A stretch of 64,000 nucleotides of DNA from Flaccisagitta enflata (Eukaryota). Under the pieces are notes generated by a model. The model was given only the letters and a program-made list of their open reading frames with translations, was not told where the DNA came from and ran no database searches. A program made the position numbers and the translations under genes. Positions 1 to 13,926 of this stretch are shown in pieces. Every line of letters starts with the position of its first letter. Positions within the stretch are counted from its first letter, which is position 1. The stretch spans positions 1,736,001-1,800,000 of the forward strand of contig OZ231126.1 in assembly GCA_965153355.1 (NCBI GenBank), given 5' to 3'.

Positions 1-185
1 TTGTTTTTGTTTTTGTTTTTGTTTTTGTTTTTGTGTTTGTTTTTGTGTTTTTGTTTTTGTTTTTGTTTTTGTTTTTGTTTTTGTTTTTGTTTTTGTTTTT
101 GTTTTTGTTTTTGTTTTTCTTTTTGTTTTTGTTTTTGTTTGTGTTTGTGTTTTTGCTTTTGTTTTTGTTTTTTTTGTTTCTTTTT
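1..185. repeat. (TTTTTG)n microsatellite
   Basis: Direct hexamer repeat that runs off the window start. Confidence 0.95.
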
Positions 186-825
186 TATTTGTCCCTTCCT
201 GTATCTTTTCTTTTACTGTTCTTCGTCGTAACCTCACCCGATTTGTAGAGATATGTTTCAAGGCGTGACTTATGTCCGGCAATGTGTAGTTCTACGAGGC
301 TCAATATATTTACCGAATTGAAGGCCTCGTGATTGCGTCTGGCTTGTAAGGATGTGTTCCCACTAATGAAAATAATCGTAAAAGCATTTTCCACTGATGA
401 AAACAATCTTAAAGGCGTGTTTCCACTGATGAAGGCCTCGTGATTGCGTCTGGCTTGAAAGGGCAAGTTCCCACTGATGACAGTCATAACGCCATAAGGG
501 CATGTTCCCACTGATGACAGCAATCACGATCATTCCCATTAATCGTGTTACAGCATTTACACAAGTGCATATGAAATCAACCAACCCCAAGTAAGAATAA
601 GTAGAGTGAGTGAGCCCATCAATGGAGTGAGTAAGCGAAGCCGTGTGGAGTGAAAGAACAGAACGAGTAAGCCCATTAACAGAATGAGCAAGCAAAGCGG
701 TGCGGAGTGAGAGAACATGGTGAGCAATGCCAGCGAAACAAACTTAGCGAGCGACCGAGCAAGCCTATATATAAACTTTAGAAAACAGGCCCTAATTGGT
801 TCTGCAGTGCGACTAAAGAAAAAAT

Positions 826-976
826 AAACAAGGCCGGATACACGGCCATCAGTTGCGGACGGGTGGGTGGGCAGGGGCGGAAATGCGCATTTTTCCACTT
901 TTCAACTCGTTGACACCGACGGACCGACGGACGGACGGACAAAGGCTCTTATAGAGTTGCGTGTCCGCAACTTAAA
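826..976 (-). mobile_element. Short Helentron-like non-autonomous element (HINE/DINE-1 type), subTIR variant AGTTGCGGAC
   Basis: Minus strand reads TTTT-AGTTGCGGACACGCAACT (hairpin), then (GTCC)n, GTCCGCAACT, a GGCCGTGTATCCGGCC stem-loop and TTGTTT. Confidence 0.7.
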
Positions 977-1348
977 ACAATTTTCATTCTGATTTTACAT
1001 GGTTTAAATTCAACAAATCAAATTGTTATTTAAAAGCATATTAAAGAGCTTCAAAAAATGAATGACTTGCCACCAGTCCCATTAAATTTGATCAATTCGT
1101 TTGGATTTTATGTTAAAATGAAGACAAATGTATCAAAGCATAAGTGGGAAAACAATAGGTTCTCTTTCATGGTTTTTTTTAGGACAAAATTTGCAAAAGA
1201 TGTTGTAATTTCTAAACGATTTGAGCTAGTAACTCCAGAAACAGCTCAAATGACAGATTTCTTGAAGGGCTTTCTGAATGTCATGGATTTTGATAGGTTT
1301 TTTCTTGATTTAAACCTTTTACAAATGACAAAACAAAGAGCTTTTATA

Positions 1349-3848
1349 ACAAAAATAACTGAACTGACCTGACTCCTTATTGTATCTTTTTATCGAAAAT
1401 CAGACTTAAACACAACCCAAAACAGACCCAAACCAGACTCAAACCAGACTCGAACCAGACTCAAACGAGACTCAAACCAGAATTAAACCAGACCGAAATC
1501 AGACCGAAATCAGACATAAACCAGACATAAACCAGACATAAACCAGACATAAACCAGATGTAAGCCAGACTCAAACCAGACTCAAACCAGACTCAAACAA
1601 GACTCAAACCAGACTCAAACCAGACTCAAACCAGACTCAAACCAGACTTAAACCAGACCGAAACCAGGCTCAAGCCAGGCTCAAACCAGGCTTAAACCCT
1701 AATCAAACCAGACTCAAACCAGACTCAAACCAGACTCAAACCAGAATTAAACCAGACCAAAACCAGACCAAAACCAGACCTAAATCAAATATAAACCAGA
1801 CAAAAACCAGACATAGACTAGACCGAAACCAGACCTAACCCAGCCCTAAACCAGACATAAATCAGACATGAACCAGTCTTGAACCAGACTTAAACCAGAC
1901 TTAAACCAGACGTAAACCAGACTTAAACCAGACTTAAACCAGACTTTAACCAGACTTAAACCATACTTAAACCAGACTTAAACCAGACTTAAACCAGACT
2001 TAAACCAGACTTAAACCAGACTTAAACCATAATTATCTTGAATATCATTTTAACCAGCAGACTTAAACCATTAGACCAGCAGACTGAAACCATTAGTTTT
2101 AAACCAGCAGACTTAAACCAGCAGATTTAAACCAGCAGACTTTAACCAGCAGACTTAACCCATTAGATTTAAACCAGCAGACTTAAACCAGCAGATGTAA
2201 ACCAGCAGATTTAAACCAGCAGACTTTAACCATCAGACTTTACCCAGCAGACTTTAACCAGCAGACTTTAACCAGCAGACTTCAACCAGCAGACTTTAAC
2301 CAGCAAACTTTAACCAGCAGATTTTAACCAAAAATGACCAAAAATGACCAAAATGACCAAAATGACCAAAATGACTAAAAATGACCAAAAATGATCAAAA
2401 ATGACCAAAAATGACTAAAATGACCAAAATGACCAAAAATGACCAAAAATGACCTAAATGACCAAGATGACCAGAATGACCATAATGACCAAAATGTCCA
2501 AGATGACCAAAGATGACCAAAAATGATCAAAATGATCAAAATGACCAAAAATGACCAAAATGACCAAAAATGACCAAAAATGATCAAAAATGACAAAAAA
2601 TGATCAAAGTGACCAAAATGACCAAAACTGATCAAAAATGACCAAAATGACCAAAATGACCAAAATGACCAAAAATGACCAAATTGACCCAAAAGGACCA
2701 AAAATGACCAAAAATGACTAAAAATGCCCAACATGACCAAAAATGATCAAAATGATCAAAAATGACCAAAATGACAAAATGACCCAAAATGACCAAATGA
2801 CTAAAATGATCAAATTGATCAAAAAGACCAAAAATGATCAAAAAGACCAAAAATGACCAAAAATGACCAAAATGATCAAATGACAAAAATGATCAAAATG
2901 ACCAAAATGACCAAAATGACCAAAATGATCAAAATGACAAAATGATCAAATGATCAGAAATGATCAAAATGGCCAAAATGGCCAAAACCAAAATGACCAA
3001 ATGACCAAAATGACCAAATGACAAAAATGACCAAAATGACCAAATGACAAAATGACCAAAATGACCAAAATGATCAAAATGACCATAATGACAAATATGA
3101 CCCAAAATGACCAAAATGACCAAAAATGATCAAATTGATCAAAAAAGACCAAAAAATGATCAAAAAAGACCAAAAAATGACCCAGCCCTAAACCAGACAT
3201 AAATCAGACATGAACCAGTCTTGAACCAGACTTAGACCAGACTTAAACCAGACATAAACCAGACTTAAACCAGACTTAAACCAGACTTTAACCAGACTTT
3301 AACCAGACTTAAACCATACTTAAACCAGACTTAAACCAGACTTAAACCAGACAAAAATGATCAAAAATGACCAAAATGACAAAAATGACCCAAAATGACC
3401 AAAATGACCAAAAATGATCAAATTGATCAAAAAAGACCAAAAAATGATCAAAAAAGACCAAAAAATGACCAAAAATGACCAAAATGATCAAAAATGACAA
3501 AAAATGATCAAAAATGACCAAAAATGACCAAAAATGACCAAAAATGATCAAAAATGATCAAAAATGGCCAAAAATGGCCAAAAATGACCAAAAATGACTA
3601 AAATGACCAAAATGACCAAAATGACCAAAATGACCAAAATGACAAAAATGACCAAAAATGACCAAAAATGACCAAAAGCAACCAATAATTCCCAAAAACA
3701 ACAAAAAAATGACTCCAAATAACTCCAGACGACCCAAAAAGATGCAAAAAAGCAAAGTGTTACCGACGGACGGACGGACGGATGGACGGACCGACCGACC
3801 GAGCGACCAAACGACGGAGCGGGTTGCAGAGTCGCGTGCACGCGACTA
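1349..3848 (-). mobile_element. Large HINE-like element with composite central satellite, 3'-truncated
   Basis: Ends in the AGTCGCGTGCACGCGACT palindrome after (GACG/GACC)n. Arrays are (AAACCAGACT)n, (AAACCAGCAGACTT)n and (AAAATGACC)n. It is the reverse complement of 9180-10988 but lacks that copy's last ~30 bp, and has an internal re-duplication at about 3181-3350. Confidence 0.8.
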
Positions 3849-6360
3849 GAAAATTTTAGAAATTAGGAATCATTTTGCCCTCTTACAATATTAGTGTTTG
3901 AATAGAAGATGGTAAACAAAATCAGTGACTGTTTGAAAGATCTTCAAAAAATCTTTCATTCTAGACCAATCTCAGTCTTCTAGCTTTACTCGTTTGGAAA
4001 TGGCATTAGTTTGAAGTTGAGCAGATACATTTTTGTGGTACCACGCGGATCAAAAAAAAAAGACGTACTTTTAAATAGTTAATTCATCCAATAAATCTTT
4101 AAAAAACTATAAAAAATCTTAGATCATTTTGAAGATCTTTGAAATTACTTTTATTTGGCGCCAATCTGGTATTGCTATCTTTTTTCATTTAGAAATGGCA
4201 TTAGTTTGAATAAAAACATTGCCTAGTTCAGTTTCGCAATCTCTATGAAAAAAATGCATTTTAGCAAAATAGTGTTTCTCTTTGCAGAGCTCTAGCTCTT
4301 AAACTGTTTGAGATACAGACCTGGGATTGGTCTAGAATGAAAGATTTTTTTAAAATCTTTTAAAATGTCTCTCTTAAAAATAGCTTAAATTATTTCGTAT
4401 ATCTGTTTTATCAATTAATAGATAGGTGCGTCTTTTTTTTTTATCCAAGTGGTACGATTCAGGATCCGGCGGGCTGAGTAAAATGATGGGACCGCAATTT
4501 TTTTCTAAAACATTTTAACTTACTTTAAGTATCGATTGAAAGCTTAGGTAATTCTGAACAAGAAACGTTATCTCATTCATGTTAGCGGTTCACTAGTTTG
4601 TTACAATTGGATGATTAATTGGGAAAAAAGTCGAAGTCAGTCTTCGACTTTTTGACATATTCGAGAGAAACGTGGTTTTCATTTTCTTATTAGGAAGTTG
4701 AGAATCTCATCCGGCTGATTGCACCCTCAAACAAAATTGATAGGGTAAGTAAATTTAATAATTCTCTTTCATTTGGTGCCAGGCTCTATGACAAATATTT
4801 TTTGCGCTATGATCTTTTAAAGATTTATTTATAAAAAATTCGAATGGAATATTTTTGATTTTTTTACGATTTTGTGTAGGATCGATAAAAGAGTGTATTT
4901 ATGTTTGTTTGAGCATGCAAATACAAGAAAACATGTTTATGAGCACAGCTGCTCATCTGTGAGGGCGTTTTTCAGCATTTTAGCTCATTTAGCTCACTTA
5001 GCTCAGTCTATTCTTTCTGATTTCAAATATGATAAATGAATAAATATTTTCAACTTGTTTAAGCAAGCAAATAAAAAAAACATGTCAGTGAGCAAAGCTG
5101 CTCATCTGTGAGGGCGTTTTCAAGTATTCTAGCTCATTAAGCTCATTTAGCTTGCACTTTTTCTCTAATTCTAAATAGGATAAATAAATTATTATTTTGA
5201 TTTAAGCAAGCAAATACAGAAAAGCATGTCAGAAAGCAAACTGGTTGTCTGGTTGAATCATTTTGATTATTTTAGCTTATCTAGCTCATTTGGCTCAGTC
5301 TTATTTTTTTCTGATTTTCAGTGCAGTCAACACATACAATTGCTTTTGATTTGATCTAAAAAAACTTCAGTGACAGAAGATGGTGAAAAGTGACCAATGC
5401 TAACGACTTTTTTCCTCACGGCCACAGCCGCCATTACTGGTATTATATCATCTAACCAAACAAAGTGTTCTTTTGTTTTGATTCATAGCCCAACCGCTTC
5501 GCCTTCATGGTCCGGCCTCTTAATGACCAATATACAGTCAACTCTTCAAATCCAGAAAACTATGCCAAACTTCGGTTTTTGGGAGTATTTTAGGTGCTCT
5601 TTCCATTTCTGACCAGATCTTTTGTCTCTGGGCAACGGTTTGCCGCAAATTGCAGCAACCATGGTAATCATATGCTGCAAATATAGATATCTCCAAAAGT
5701 ATTTAATAGATTGATATGAAACTTGGTATATGCTGTGTTTAGTGTCTTTCTTTGCTTCTTTTAAAGTGATAGGTGATTGCAGCAAATTTAAAAGCTGCGG
5801 CAAGTTGCTACAGTACCATTTTTAACAGAAAATCTATGCAATTTTTAATGAAATAGGAAGAGAAAGGGAAATGCAATATTTTTCTATCTAATATGGCCCT
5901 TATTATACACTAAAACATATGAAAAGCAATTTTAGGCACTTTTTATGCTGTAACAAGTTGCTGCAGCAAATATGTTTTGTGGAATTCTGTTTAATCTAGA
6001 CAAATTGCAGACTGATTTCTCTTAAATGAATCAAATAACTATATTAACTGCTGCTGCATGATAAGCAGCACAAACACATCTACAATTACACCTGCAACAG
6101 ATTTTACACAGATGCAGCAACAATTTTCACTGCGTGACATTGGATTGTATTGATCTTTAATGATGATTATGAGAACATCTGTCTCAAGTAGCTGTCTTTG
6201 AGTAATCATAAACATTTATCAAGCTCCCCTGTTTTACACATGAAAAGAATTAAACAATTTATCTATATCAATATGTAATGCAGTAAAATTACTTGATTTA
6301 AGTGTATGATCTGAATAGATAGTGGTTCTTTTAAGAATATTAAGAGTTCTCAGCATTAGG

Positions 6361-6820
6361 AATAGTTGCTAAAGTGTTAGATGGTCAATGGTACCCGTGC
6401 CTTGCTTAAGTAGATTATGACTGAAATTGAGGGAGCAGGGCAGCAGCCTCAAAGGGGTCTATGACCTATGCTTTCACACATATGGGGATTTTCTTCTCCT
6501 CCTCCTCTTCCTCCTCCTTCTTCGGCCCTCCTAACCTCCAGGCTCATATCTCAGCCTCAAGGCCCATATCCCAGTCTTGAGGCCTAAATCCCTCAAGGCT
6601 GGATATGGGCCTTGAAGGTGGGATTTTAGCCTTTAGATAAGATTTTAGCTCCAAGGTTGGGATTTGGGCCTCAAGACAGGGATTTGTACCTCAAGGCTGG
6701 GATAGGGGCCTTGAGGATGAGATATGGGCCTGGAAGTTGGGGGAACATAGGAGGAGGAAAAAATCCCCCATATGTGTAAAAGCACAGGTCATTGCCCCTT
6801 TTAGGGCCGCTGCCCAAAAA
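6361..6820 (-). mobile_element. Dispersed repeat family D (GGGCAGCGGCCCC subTIR), probable HINE/MITE
   Basis: Internal inverted arms GGGCAGCAGCCTC...ATGACCTATGCTTTCACACATATG and CATATGTGTAAAAGCACAGGTCAT...GGGCCGCTGCCCAAAA. Homologous to 14858-18214 and 30720-31326. Confidence 0.65.
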
Positions 6821-6874
6821 GTATGCAAAGAAGACAGTGAGGTAAAATTGTATATTTAAAGAACTGTTTGTCTT

Positions 6875-7076
6875 AAACAAGGCCAACACCTATATGTCGT
6901 GTGGGAGACTTACAGATTAACTTAGAATGATTCAGTATACTCATAAATGACTTTAAATGACAAAAAAAATTAAAATGATAAAAGAAGTAAGTGTGATAGA
7001 CCAACCAACCAACCAACCAACCAACCGAACAACTGACGGATGGATGGACGGACAAAGCGAGGTGTAGTAGACTAAA
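6875..7076 (-). mobile_element. Degenerate short HINE (AACAAGGCCAACACCTATA end)
   Basis: Same terminus as 30226 and 36797, with an (ACCA)n/(GACG)n tract; the terminal palindrome is largely deleted. Confidence 0.6.
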
Positions 7077-7248
7077 GATATCTGTTAAAAAAAGAAAATC
7101 ATTTGGAACATGATTGAAAAACTGCATAAAAAAACATTTTTATAATTTTTCAAGAGGGATCCAATGAAAGAAAATGGTGTTATCATGTGAGGTAGTATTA
7201 CTATTTAGTACATGTACTTATTTGATGTCTTTTCAATAACTTATTTAT

Positions 7249-7430
7249 AAACAAGGCGGGATACACGGCTACCATAGTCGCATGCGGGTGAGCAGGGGCC
7301 ATATTTGAGGTCACTTCACCATTTAGGCAGTAGCAGTGGGGTCAAAAAGTAAAATCATAAAAAAAAGTCCGACCAACTGACAGTCAGACGGACAAAGCGG
7401 GTTTGAGAGTCGCATGCACTTGACTAAAAA
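7249..7430 (-). mobile_element. Short HINE family A
   Basis: AACAAGGCGGGATACACGGC...AGTCGCATGCACTTGACTAAAAA; homologous to 18694-18906. Confidence 0.7.
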
Positions 7431-7635
7431 GTTGAAGATTCGAAGATTTGAAGGTTTTTGGGTTCAGCAGAGAAAAGTGGTTCTCCCTTTTTCTGGTGAG
7501 GCGTTGGAGGAAGTTGCTTTTCTAGGGCCGAATGATATTACACTTGAAATTGTTATCTATGAAAGAGGTAATTCTTCTCTTTCAGACAGCGCCAAGTAGA
7601 ATTCTCTGCAATCAATAGTTTTTGACCCAGGATTT

Positions 7636-7821
7636 TTTAAATCTTTTTTTAATTTTTTTGCATTTTTCTTATCTTTTCTGATTATTGATATTTTTCATTG
7701 ATCCTGATTTTAGGCTTTATGTTACATAAAATAGAAATGATGATTTTACACAAATTGATTCTAACTTTTATAATGCTAACTTTCAAATCACTTGCATTTG
7801 TTTTTGATGATGAACAAGTGG

Positions 7822-7893
<72 letters not shown>

Positions 7894-8074
7894 ATCTTTT
7901 TTTAATTTTTTTGCATTTTTCTTATCTTTTCTGATTATTGATATTTTTCATTGATCCTAATTTTAGGCTTTATGTTACATAAAATAGAAATGATAATTTT
8001 ACACAAATTGATTCTAACTTTTATAATGCTAACTTTCAAATCACTTGCATTTGTTTTTGATGATGAACAAGTGG

Positions 8075-8158
<84 letters not shown>
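7636..8158. repeat. Tandem duplication of a ~253 bp unit ending in (CT)n
   Basis: About 7636-7888 is repeated almost exactly from about 7889; this produces the twin ORFs at 7698 and 7951. Confidence 0.9.
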
Positions 8159-8162
<4 letters not shown>

Positions 8163-8203
8163 TCTCTCTCTCTCTTATTTCAAGTCCTGAAGATAGGCAG
8201 ATT

Positions 8204-8380
8204 AAAACAAGGCCAAATACACTGTTACTGAAGTTGCGTGCGGGTGGGTAGGGGCCATATTTCAGGTCAGGAGCAATGAGGTCAAAGAAATAAAATCATG
8301 AGAAAAAATAAAGTGTGACCAACCAACCAACTGACGGACGGACAAAGCAAGTTGTAAAGTCGCGTGCACGCGACTAAAAA
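8204..8380 (-). mobile_element. Short HINE family A
   Basis: AAACAAGGCCAAATACAC...AGTCGCGTGCACGCGACTAAAAA. Confidence 0.75.
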
Positions 8381-9179
8381 TCCAATAAGAAACTTGCTGT
8401 TTTAATGGCTGTTTAGGCACCTGTTGCAGCAACTGTTGCAGCAGCTTTTGCATCCTTTGCTGTTACAGCAGTTGCTGTTGCATGTTGGTGCAAATGACAG
8501 ATACTTTTGCTGTTGCTCTTTTAATCATTCAATCATTGTCAAGAAAACACAAAGTTTTTGATATGCAAATTTTCTTTTATTTTGGTGAATAAAATGAGAC
8601 TAATGTACAATCCTTTTTGCTGCAGTAATTTGTTGCAGCCCTGTATGTGACATTATTCTTTTATGATAGGGAATCAAGTGCAGTCCTACTCTAGCATGCA
8701 AAAATACCCTTAGACTTTCATTACTTTTTCATATATCTGTTATAACGATGCAGATTTTTTATCAAAGATCATACTGCAGCAACTTGCTCAGCTCTTAAAT
8801 TTACTGCAACAACCTGAAATTTAATAAGAAGCATGGAAAGACACCTAATACAGTATATACTGAGTTTCATAACAATCCATTGAATATCTTTGAAGATATT
8901 TGTTTATGCAGCATATGATTACCATGGTTGCTGCAATTTGCGGCAAACCGTTGCCCGGAGACAAAAGATCTGGTCAGAAATGGAAGGAGCACCTTAATTA
9001 CTCCCACAACTCAAAATTCGGCATAGTTTTCCGGATTTGAAACCTTAACATGCTGGACCATCAGAGCCGTACTGAAACAAATGCACGTCAGAAGTCAGAA
9101 CGAAATAGGTTGAGTCACGAAGTCAAGACCAAGCCAAGATGCAGAAAAATCCATTTCTCATTGTAACATAATGCTTTTT

Positions 9180-10988
9180 AGTCGCGTGCACGCGACTCTA
9201 CAACCCGCTCCGTCGGTCGGTCGGTCGGTCCGTCCGTCTGTCCGTAACACTTTGCTTTTTTTCGTCTTTTTGGGTCGTCTGGAGTTATTTCGAGTCATTT
9301 TTTTGTTGTTTTTGGGAATTATTGGTTGCTTTTAGTCATTTTTGGTTATTTTTGGTCAGTTTTGGTCATTTTAGTCATTTTGGTCATTTTGGTCATTTTG
9401 GTCATTTTGGACATTTTTGGTCATTTTTAGTCATTTTTGGTCATTTTTGGTCATTCTTGGTCATTCTTGGGCATTTTTGGTAATTTTTGGTCATTTTGGT
9501 CATTTTGGTCAATTTGATCATTTTTGGTCATTTTTGGTCATTTTTGGTCATTTTTGGTCATTTGGGTCATTTTTGGTCATTTTCGGTCATTTTCGGTCAT
9601 TTTTGGTCATTTTTAATCATTTTGATCATTTTGATCATTTTTGTTCATTTTTGGTTATTTCTGGTCATTTTGGTCATTTTGGTCATTTTGGTCATTTTTG
9701 ATCATTTTTGGTCATTTTTGGTCATTTTTGGTCATTTTTGGTCGTTTTCGGTCGTTTTTGGTTATTTTGGTCATTTTTGGTCGTTTTTGGTCATTTTGGT
9801 CATTTTTGGTCATCTTTGGTCATCTTTGGTCATCTTTGGTCATCTTTGGTCATAAAGTCTGCTGGATAAAGTCTGCTGGGTAAAGTCAGATGGTTTAAGT
9901 CTGCTGGTTTAAATCTGCTGGTTTAAATCTGCTGGTTTAAATCTGCTGGTTTAAATCTAATGGGTTAAGTCTGCTGGTTAAAGTGTGCTGGTTTAAATCT
10001 GCTGGTTTAAGTCTGCTGGTTTAGGTCTGCTGGTTTAAATCTAATGGTTTAAGTCTGCTGGTCTAATGGTTTAAGTCTGCTGGTTTAAGTCTGCTGGTTA
10101 AAATGATATTAAAAATAAGTATGGTTTAAGTCTGGTTTAAGTCTGGTTCAAGTCTGGTTGAAGTCTGCTTTAAGCATGGTTTAAGTCTGGTTAAGTCTGG
10201 TTTAAGTCTGGTTTAAGACTGGTTCATGTCTGATTTATGTCTGGTTTAGGTCTGGGTTAGGTCTGGTTTAGGTCTGGTGTATGTCTGATTTTTGTCTGGT
10301 TTATGTTTGATTTAGGTCTGATTTAGGTCTGGTTTTGGTCTGGTTTTGGTCTGGTTTTGGTTTGATTTCATTCTGGTTTGAGTCTGGTTTGAGTCTGGTT
10401 TGAGTCTGGTTTGATTCTGGTTTGAGCCTATTTTGAGCCTGGTTTGAGCCTGGTTTGAGCCTGGTTTGAGCCTGGTTTGAGCCTGGTTTAAGTCTGGTTT
10501 GAGTCTGCTTTGAGTCTGGTTTGAGTCTGGTTTGAGTCTGGTTTGAGTCTGGTTTGAGTCTGGTTTGAGTCTGGTTTGAGTCTGGTTTGAGTCTGGTTTG
10601 AGTCTGGTTTGAGTCTGGTTTGAGTCTGGTTTGAGTCTGGTTTGAGTCTGGTTTGAGTCTGGTTTGAGTCTGGTTTGAGTCTGGTTTGAGTCTGGTTTGA
10701 GTCTAGTTTGAGTCTGGTTTGAGTCTGGCTTAAATCTGGTTTATGTCTGGTTTATGTCTGGTTTATGTCTGATTTAGGTCTGTTTTCGGTCTGGTTTAAT
10801 TCTGGTTTGAGTCTGGTTTGAGTCTGGTTTGAGTCTGGTTTGAGTCTTGTTTGAGTCTGGTTTGAGTCTGGTTTGGGTCTGTTTTGGGTTGCGTTTAGGT
10901 CTGATTTTCGATTAAAAGATACAATAAGGAGTCAGGTCAGTTCAGTTATTTTTGTCCTGCACGCGACTTATAGGTGTTGGCCTTGTTT
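9180..10988 (+). mobile_element. Full-length large HINE/DINE-1-like element with composite satellite
   Basis: TTTTT|AGTCGCGTGCACGCGACT, then (GTCG/GTCC)n, (GGTCATTTT)n, (GTCTGCTGGTTTAA)n, (AGTCTGGTTT)n, the 3' subTIR GCACGCGACT, a stem-loop AGGTGTTGGCCT and TGTTT. This matches the described DINE-1/HINE layout. Confidence 0.85.
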
Positions 10989-11717
10989 TCCTCTAACAGC
11001 TTGGTATAATTGAAATCGCTAATATCGACGACTGTCCATTTTGGTGTTGTTAAAATCGCCGACTTTAGTGATTCTAAAACACCCTCATATATGTAAAAAC
11101 TAAAAAGAACATGTTCTATTATTTTTCTCAAAATATGTCCTCTTCAATTTTCCTCATTTTTTGGTCAAATATGCCCCTTGGGCTGATAAGCATTGGAAAG
11201 AAAAAAATTGGAATACTCCCCGTCTCTTTATGTGGAAAAACATGGTTAAACTCATTTGTTGTTAAAATCGTTAATTTTAACGACTTCAAATTTACTCTGT
11301 TTTCAGTGGTTATAAAGTCGCTAAAATCAGCGTTTTTTGCTAGGCCAAATTTGCGACTTTTACTCCTTATGACATTCATGGGCCACTCTATTAGTCGACT
11401 GTCTGATGGCAACAAAGAGAAGCCTCAATTGCATGATCATATCGTAATGACATGCGACTGTCTTTCAGATAAGTACTCGCATCCGTCGGACATGATGACG
11501 AGTAACACCAATGCTTTGAATGAGGAAAAAAGTCATTGTACACTGTTTCCCGGTTGTTGTTGTTGTTGTTGTTTTTGTTGTTGTTGTTGTTGTTGACGCA
11601 TCTAAAAGGAATTGATATATCGAAAAGCTGGTGTGGTTCTCAATATGTTTTATAAGGTGATAAGAGAAATATGTCAGTCTGTCTGTATACCTGACAACCC
11701 ATCTATTTGGTTATAAC

Positions 11718-12035
11718 CAGGCCTGTATATTCTTGAGTTCCCCCCCCCCCCGTGGGGGAAAAGAATCAAAGGGTCTGGAGATGGGGAAGGAAATCTAAGG
11801 GGAAAAAAAGAGAAAAAAAGGAAATTTGGGGAAAATATAACTTTTTACAGTACCAAATCTTAATACTCAATTAGTAAAACACAATTTAACACTATTTAAA
11901 CCTTAACTACATAGTTTTATTGCTATATGGGGAAGAAAATCATGGATATAAAAACGCGATGCGACGCGTCGCGGGGAAGAAAATCAAAGGCAGGGGGGAA
12001 AAAAATCAAAAGCGACTCAAGAATATACACCCCTG
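11718..12035. mobile_element. hAT-type MITE
   Basis: TIRs CAGGCCTGTATATTCTTGAGT and ACTCAAGAATATACACCCCTG; 8-bp TSD GTTATAAC. Confidence 0.85.
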
Positions 12036-12700
12036 GTTATAACAATGCAGGCAATTGGTCCATATTCAGCACCGTATCTAAATCAGATAGTATGTTCAGC
12101 CCTTCATGGGCACGGGCTACCTGGACGGAACTCACTATCTTTATGTTTTTGTAACGTGGAACAAAACAGTGGGAAACTTTTTGACCTATTTTGGGCACCG
12201 CGAGTTCCACTTTTTCATGACAGCCTCATGGTGGCTATGGTAAAAATACTGGTTTTTGGTCAATTTGGCCTCAAAAGTAAGCCCCTTTAGCTTCAGAGCT
12301 AACCAGTGGTGCAATCGGCATGTTTCCATCTTTATTTGTTGAGATTTGAGAGAATTTTAAAGATGAAAGGGTATGAAGATCAAAATGCAGTTTCAATTTC
12401 ATTGGCATTTTGGACATATTTTAAAAATTTCAATATTTCTTGGCTTTGGATGGACCAATTGGCACGAAATTGGTGATCAAATTTAAGAGTTTTTGCTGCT
12501 CTAGCTGATGGTAAAAAGATTTGTGATCGATTTATTCCCTTTTTTTTTATTGACCATACAAGCAGGTGTAAAAATGTCGATTTTTTTAAAAAATTGGGCA
12601 ATTTTGGACACAAAATTAGGCCACTTCCGATTTGAAAAAGACTTAAAATCCATGAGCAAAATAAACTACTGCTCAAGAGCTAATCAGTGGTGCTATTGGC

Positions 12701-13689
12701 CAGGGACGGCGAGAGAAATGGCGGGCCCCCCCTCTAGCCTCTTTGGCCGGGCCCCCCCTACCCCCCCTTCCTAGCACACCCCCCTACCCCCCCCTTAGCA
12801 ACCCCCCCCCCATCCCTACAAGAGTGAAATTTATCATATTTAACCAATACAGGCTGTACATAAAAAAGACCAAGTTAATCAATAATAGAAATTAAATCAA
12901 AATCAATGTGCCTCTTTTCCAATCTGAATGGGGGGGTCAGAATTGGTCAGCCCTTCTAACGGGAAAAAATATGGCTCTAATTTTTAACCAATACAGGCTT
13001 TACATAAAAAAGACTAACTAAATCAATAATAAAAATCAAATCAAAATCAATGTGCCTCTTTTCCAATCTGAATGGGGGGGGGGGTCTGAATTAGTCACTT
13101 TGAATTATTTGTCACCTTTACAAGGGCCTACATTTAACTGAAATATGAGTTCAATTGAAAGTAACATGTACTATATCTTTGAAAAGGTTGGTATTCGAAA
13201 GCTTCGAGGCTTTATCAATATGTTGATTTGATCTCAATGGGGCCCCCACTTGACTTCTTAAGTCCAGACATGATCTAATCTGATTTTTTTTTTTTTTTTT
13301 TTAATTTCTCCTCTTTTTAGTCGCATGCTACGCGACTCTATAAGCCACTTTGTCGGTCGGTCCGTCGGTCGTTTTAAAGGCTTTTTATCGCATTTTTGAT
13401 GGCTCTAAATGGCAAAAAGAAACTTGGAGGAGTAGAAAGCCTGTTATGAAGTGCTTTTGAAAAAAAAACTTTTTATCCCTCTGTCTGCCTGACATCTTTT
13501 GAAAGTGCCGACGCACGCGACTTAGGTCTAATAACCTTGTTTCTTTTTTTTTTTCTTTATTTTTTTTTTCATTTTTTTTCTTTTTCTTTCTTTCTTCTTT
13601 TTTCCCCTACCTCAGGGGCCCTCCCGGGCCCCCCTAGGGCCCGGGCCCCCCTTCTCAGAGGGGGTTGGACCCCCCTCTCGCCGGCCCTG
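12701..13689. mobile_element. hAT-type MITE containing a nested HINE
   Basis: TIRs CAGGGACGGCGAGAG and CTCTCGCCGGCCCTG; 8-bp TSD CTATTGGC; GGGCCC subterminal motifs. Confidence 0.85.
13314..13542 (+). mobile_element. Short HINE family A
   Basis: TTTTT AGTCGCATGCTACGCGACT...(GTCG)n...GCACGCGACT-TAGGTCTAATAACCTTGTTT. Confidence 0.75.
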
Positions 13690-13926
13690 CTATTGGCATG
13701 TTTTAGCATTTAGATTTTGCAGGACTTCAAAGATCAAAGGGTATGTCAAAAAGACGAATTTTGGACATTTTGCCCTCAATTTAGGCTCACTTCCCTGTAA
13801 AAATCGATCAAAAAATCCAAGAGATTATAAAACTAGAGCTCAAAAGCTAACCAATGGTGCAATCCTCAAGTTCATATCTGTATTTGTTGAGATTTTAGAG
13901 CATTTCAAAGATGTATGGGTATGCAG

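Larger units (their letters stand above)
5535..9041. mobile_element. Non-autonomous TIR DNA transposon (Tc1/mariner/pogo-like left end) with nested insertions
   Basis: About 280 bp inverted repeats (5545-5820 vs 8770-9041). Left end is TA|CAGTCAACTC; the outermost right terminus is missing. Confidence 0.6.

Noticed and set aside
826-976. tRNA-derived SINE interpretation of the short repeats
   Set aside because: No Pol III A/B boxes or TSDs recognised; the subTIR plus stem-loop layout fits Helentron-type elements better.
2375-3755. ORFs rich in FGHF/WSFLVI (also at 9417-9883, 21217-21664, 37575-37915)
   Set aside because: Translations of the (GGTCATTTT)n satellite in several frames; not genes.
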